Notes under the pieces: model-generated
Told to the model about the DNA's origin: nothing
Databases searched by the model: none
The model's input: the letters and a program-made list of their open reading frames with translations, nothing else
Position numbers and translations under genes: made by a program
Assembly (NCBI GenBank): GCA_030390025.1
Contig: CM059432.1
Span: 36,272,001-36,336,000, forward strand
Direction of reading: 5' to 3'
Source: Squalus acanthias
Taxonomy: Eukaryota
DNA length: 64,000 bases
In this document: in pieces, positions 63,204-64,000 of the stretch
Position numbering within the stretch: the stretch's first letter is position 1
Layout: each line of letters starts with the position of its first letter

Positions 63204-63577
63204 GCTAATTCTGTGTTTCCTGTACGAGGACACCTAAATCTCTCAACACCAATATTTAATAGTTTCTCGCCATTTAAAAATATTCTTCCTACCAAAATGA
63301 ATAACCTCACATTTCCCCACGTTATACTCCATCAGCCACCTTATTGCCCACTCACTTAACCTGTTTATATCCCTTTTCAAAATCGTGCTATTATAGTATA
63401 CTGTCTTTCCATATTAGTCTTCCCAAAGTGTATCACTTCACACTTCTCTGCATTGAACTCCATCTGCTATGCTTCTGCCAATTTCACAATCCTGTCTGTC
63501 ATCCTGAAGTCTACAACTTTCCTCATCACTATCTACTATGCTACCAAGTTTCGTATCATTTTTTAAAAATTCAGTCA

Positions 63578-63918
63578 AGGGAAGCCAACATTTATTGCCC
63601 ATCCCTAATTGCCCTCGAGAAGGTGGTGGTGAGCCGCCTTATACAACTGATTTGCTTGCTAGGCCATTTCAGAGGGCAGTTAAGAGTCAACCACATTGCT
63701 GTGGCTCTGAAGTCACATATAGGCCAGACCGTGTAAGGGCAGCAGATTTCCTTTCCTAAAGGACATTAGTGAACCAGATGAGTTTTTACGACAATCCAGT
63801 AGTTTCATGGTTGCCATTACTGATACTAGCTTTTTATTGCAGATTTATTTAATTAACTGAATTTAAATTCCCCAGCTTGTGGTGAGATTTGAACTCATAT
63901 CTCCGGATCATTAGTCCA
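63578..63918 (-). mobile_element. Bipartite SINE (LINE 5' UTR joined to LINE 3' tail)
   Basis: On -: TGGACTAATGATCCGGAG..GAGTTCAAATC..GAAATGGCC..CAGTTGTAT | AAGGCGGCTCACCACCACCTTCTCGAGGGCAATTAGGGATGGGCAATAAATG. Confidence 0.85.
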
Positions 63919-64000
63919 TCTGCAAACTTTATAATGATGCTTCCTACACCTGAGTCTAGGTCGTTTATAAAAATTGAAAAGAGTAACGGACCCAAAACTG

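Larger units (their letters stand above)
60815..63360 (-). mobile_element. CR1 3' fragment split by a Penelope element
   Basis: TTCTTATG tail; CR1 RT sequence resumes at 63204. Confidence 0.85.

Overview
Eukaryotic, vertebrate-type genomic DNA that is mostly transposable elements. The repeat families (CR1, L2, RTE, Penelope-like, Harbinger, Deu-domain tRNA SINEs) look like those of a cartilaginous fish; this is inference. I could not confidently identify any host protein-coding exon. A CpG-rich promoter at ~17.4-18.1 kb has one or two apparent non-coding first exons on the + strand (donors at 17718/9 and 18236/7), so the downstream ~46 kb is probably intron of an unidentified gene. All long ORFs are retroelement or transposon remnants, or low-complexity artefacts. 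Two observations stand out. (1) A single-ORF EN-RT LINE family carries a tRNA-type A-box/B-box head, has no TTTT run on its sense strand over ~3.25 kb, and has a deletion series ending in SINE-sized copies; it is a candidate Pol III-transcribed LINE. (2) Non-autonomous Penelope-like inserts form near-perfect spacer-less palindromes (825 bp and 244 bp) flanked by TSDs, and each arm carries a hammerhead-ribozyme-like core with covarying stems. Coordinates of old repeats are approximate and were read by eye.
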